Assembly (NCBI GenBank): GCA_002633005.1
Contig: NMRA01000082.1
Span: 163,866 to 222,962 of the forward strand
Direction of reading: 5' to 3'
Source: Phoronis australis
Taxonomy: Eukaryota > Animalia > Phoronida
DNA: 59,097 nt
Shown: one piece after another, positions 58,214-59,097 of the stretch
Position numbering within the stretch: the stretch's first letter is position 1
Layout of the letters: the number at the start of each line of letters is the position of its first letter
Made by a program: the position numbers and the translations under genes
The notes under the pieces: generated by a model
What the model was told of the DNA's origin: nothing
Database searches by the model: none
The model's input: only the letters and a program-made list of their open reading frames with translations

Positions 58214-58400
58214 TCAGTGGTTTGTCTGCCATAGTTGAACCCACTGCACTATTTGGTCCAAGTTGTCTTCCATATGTTCCGGTGTATTACTGGGCAGCTC
58301 GTGCACTATTTCTGGCTTATACGAGTCCCTGGCCTCCTCGAGGATTGTTTGAAAGATTTCACACTCCACGTTGTCCGACAGTTTTTTTCCAGAGTAACCC
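58214..58400 (-). CDS. AK6: Adenylate kinase 6 (hCINAP/Fap7), terminal coding exon; rest of gene lies beyond the window
   Basis: After a CGCAG acceptor: (R)GYSGKKLSDNVECEIFQTILEEARDSYKPEIVHELPSNTPEHMEDNLDQIVQWVQLWQTNH*, matching the AK6 C-terminus. Not in the ORF track. Confidence 0.93.
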
Positions 58401-59097
58401 CTGCGGAGAGGACAGAGGCAAAAACTGTGTGAAAAATTACATCAAAGGAACAACTCAAAAGCAGGGAGATAACTACCGATTCAGAGACAAGTTCTTAAGT
58501 ATCAGTCCACGGATCCACCGACCACAGTACAGCCAACAAGCGGCAAGGTGGGGGGTCAGCCATTCAGATCCGTGTTTAGTCAGATAAATCACATTAGGGA
58601 TGAGAGAAAATGGGTGAAGTATGACACCACAAAATTTGGTGGTTTAGGAGATACAAGGGAAGTGTTCTGGGGGGCAAAATGAGGCAATTTCTGGGTGTGG
58701 AATGAGTCATTTTTTACCAAATTTTCTACTCCAGTTTCTGCTTCGAACAGAATCGTTTCTGAACAATTTTGATATCACATGATAGGTTCATGATCAATGT
58801 CAGTAAAAACGGCACCGACACTGTAATATCGGTTACCATGGTAACACTGGAACTGTTTCCGTGGAGGTACGTTTCCGTCTTGTGAAAAACCAGCAGTAAG
58901 CTGCACCCTTATAGCGAAGCTGCCCCCACGAGAAAACTAAAAATAATAACATGAACATGTAGAAGACTCCATGCCCTTGAAATTAATACAATAAAAACTT
59001 TGTCAGCCCTTCAGGCAGGCTTGGTAATAGGTGTCTGAATTCCACTATTTTCAGACCGCGTATGTGTATTTGTCATGTTAAACCAGTCACTAGTTGT

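Overview
Eukaryotic (invertebrate metazoan, species not determinable from the sequence) genomic DNA with spliceosomal introns, AT-rich, with three N gaps. Genes reconstructed by hand from GT-AG junctions: RPL17 (minus, 5 coding exons plus a TOP/TCT non-coding exon) head-to-head with a MEK1/2 orthologue (MAP2K1/2, plus, 11 exons per transcript, with a duplicated pair of mutually exclusive exons 8A/8B); pyroglutamyl-peptidase I (minus, 4 exons); an intronless pseudokinase preceded by frame-broken repeat ORFs; two tandem paralogous intronless single-pass membrane proteins of unknown family; a small 2-exon gene with nearby RFX X-box-like motifs; and the last exon of adenylate kinase 6 (AK6/Fap7). 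Introns and intergenic DNA hold many MITE/foldback elements (some with clear TSDs, including a nested pair whose empty site is also in the window), minisatellites, and two gap-flanking duplications that look like co-assembled alleles. Best leads: the MEK mutually exclusive exon switch, a ~180-nt putatively structured element present in sense orientation in introns of two unrelated genes, and the orphan pseudokinase plus membrane-protein cluster. No CRISPR, rRNA or intact tRNA was found.
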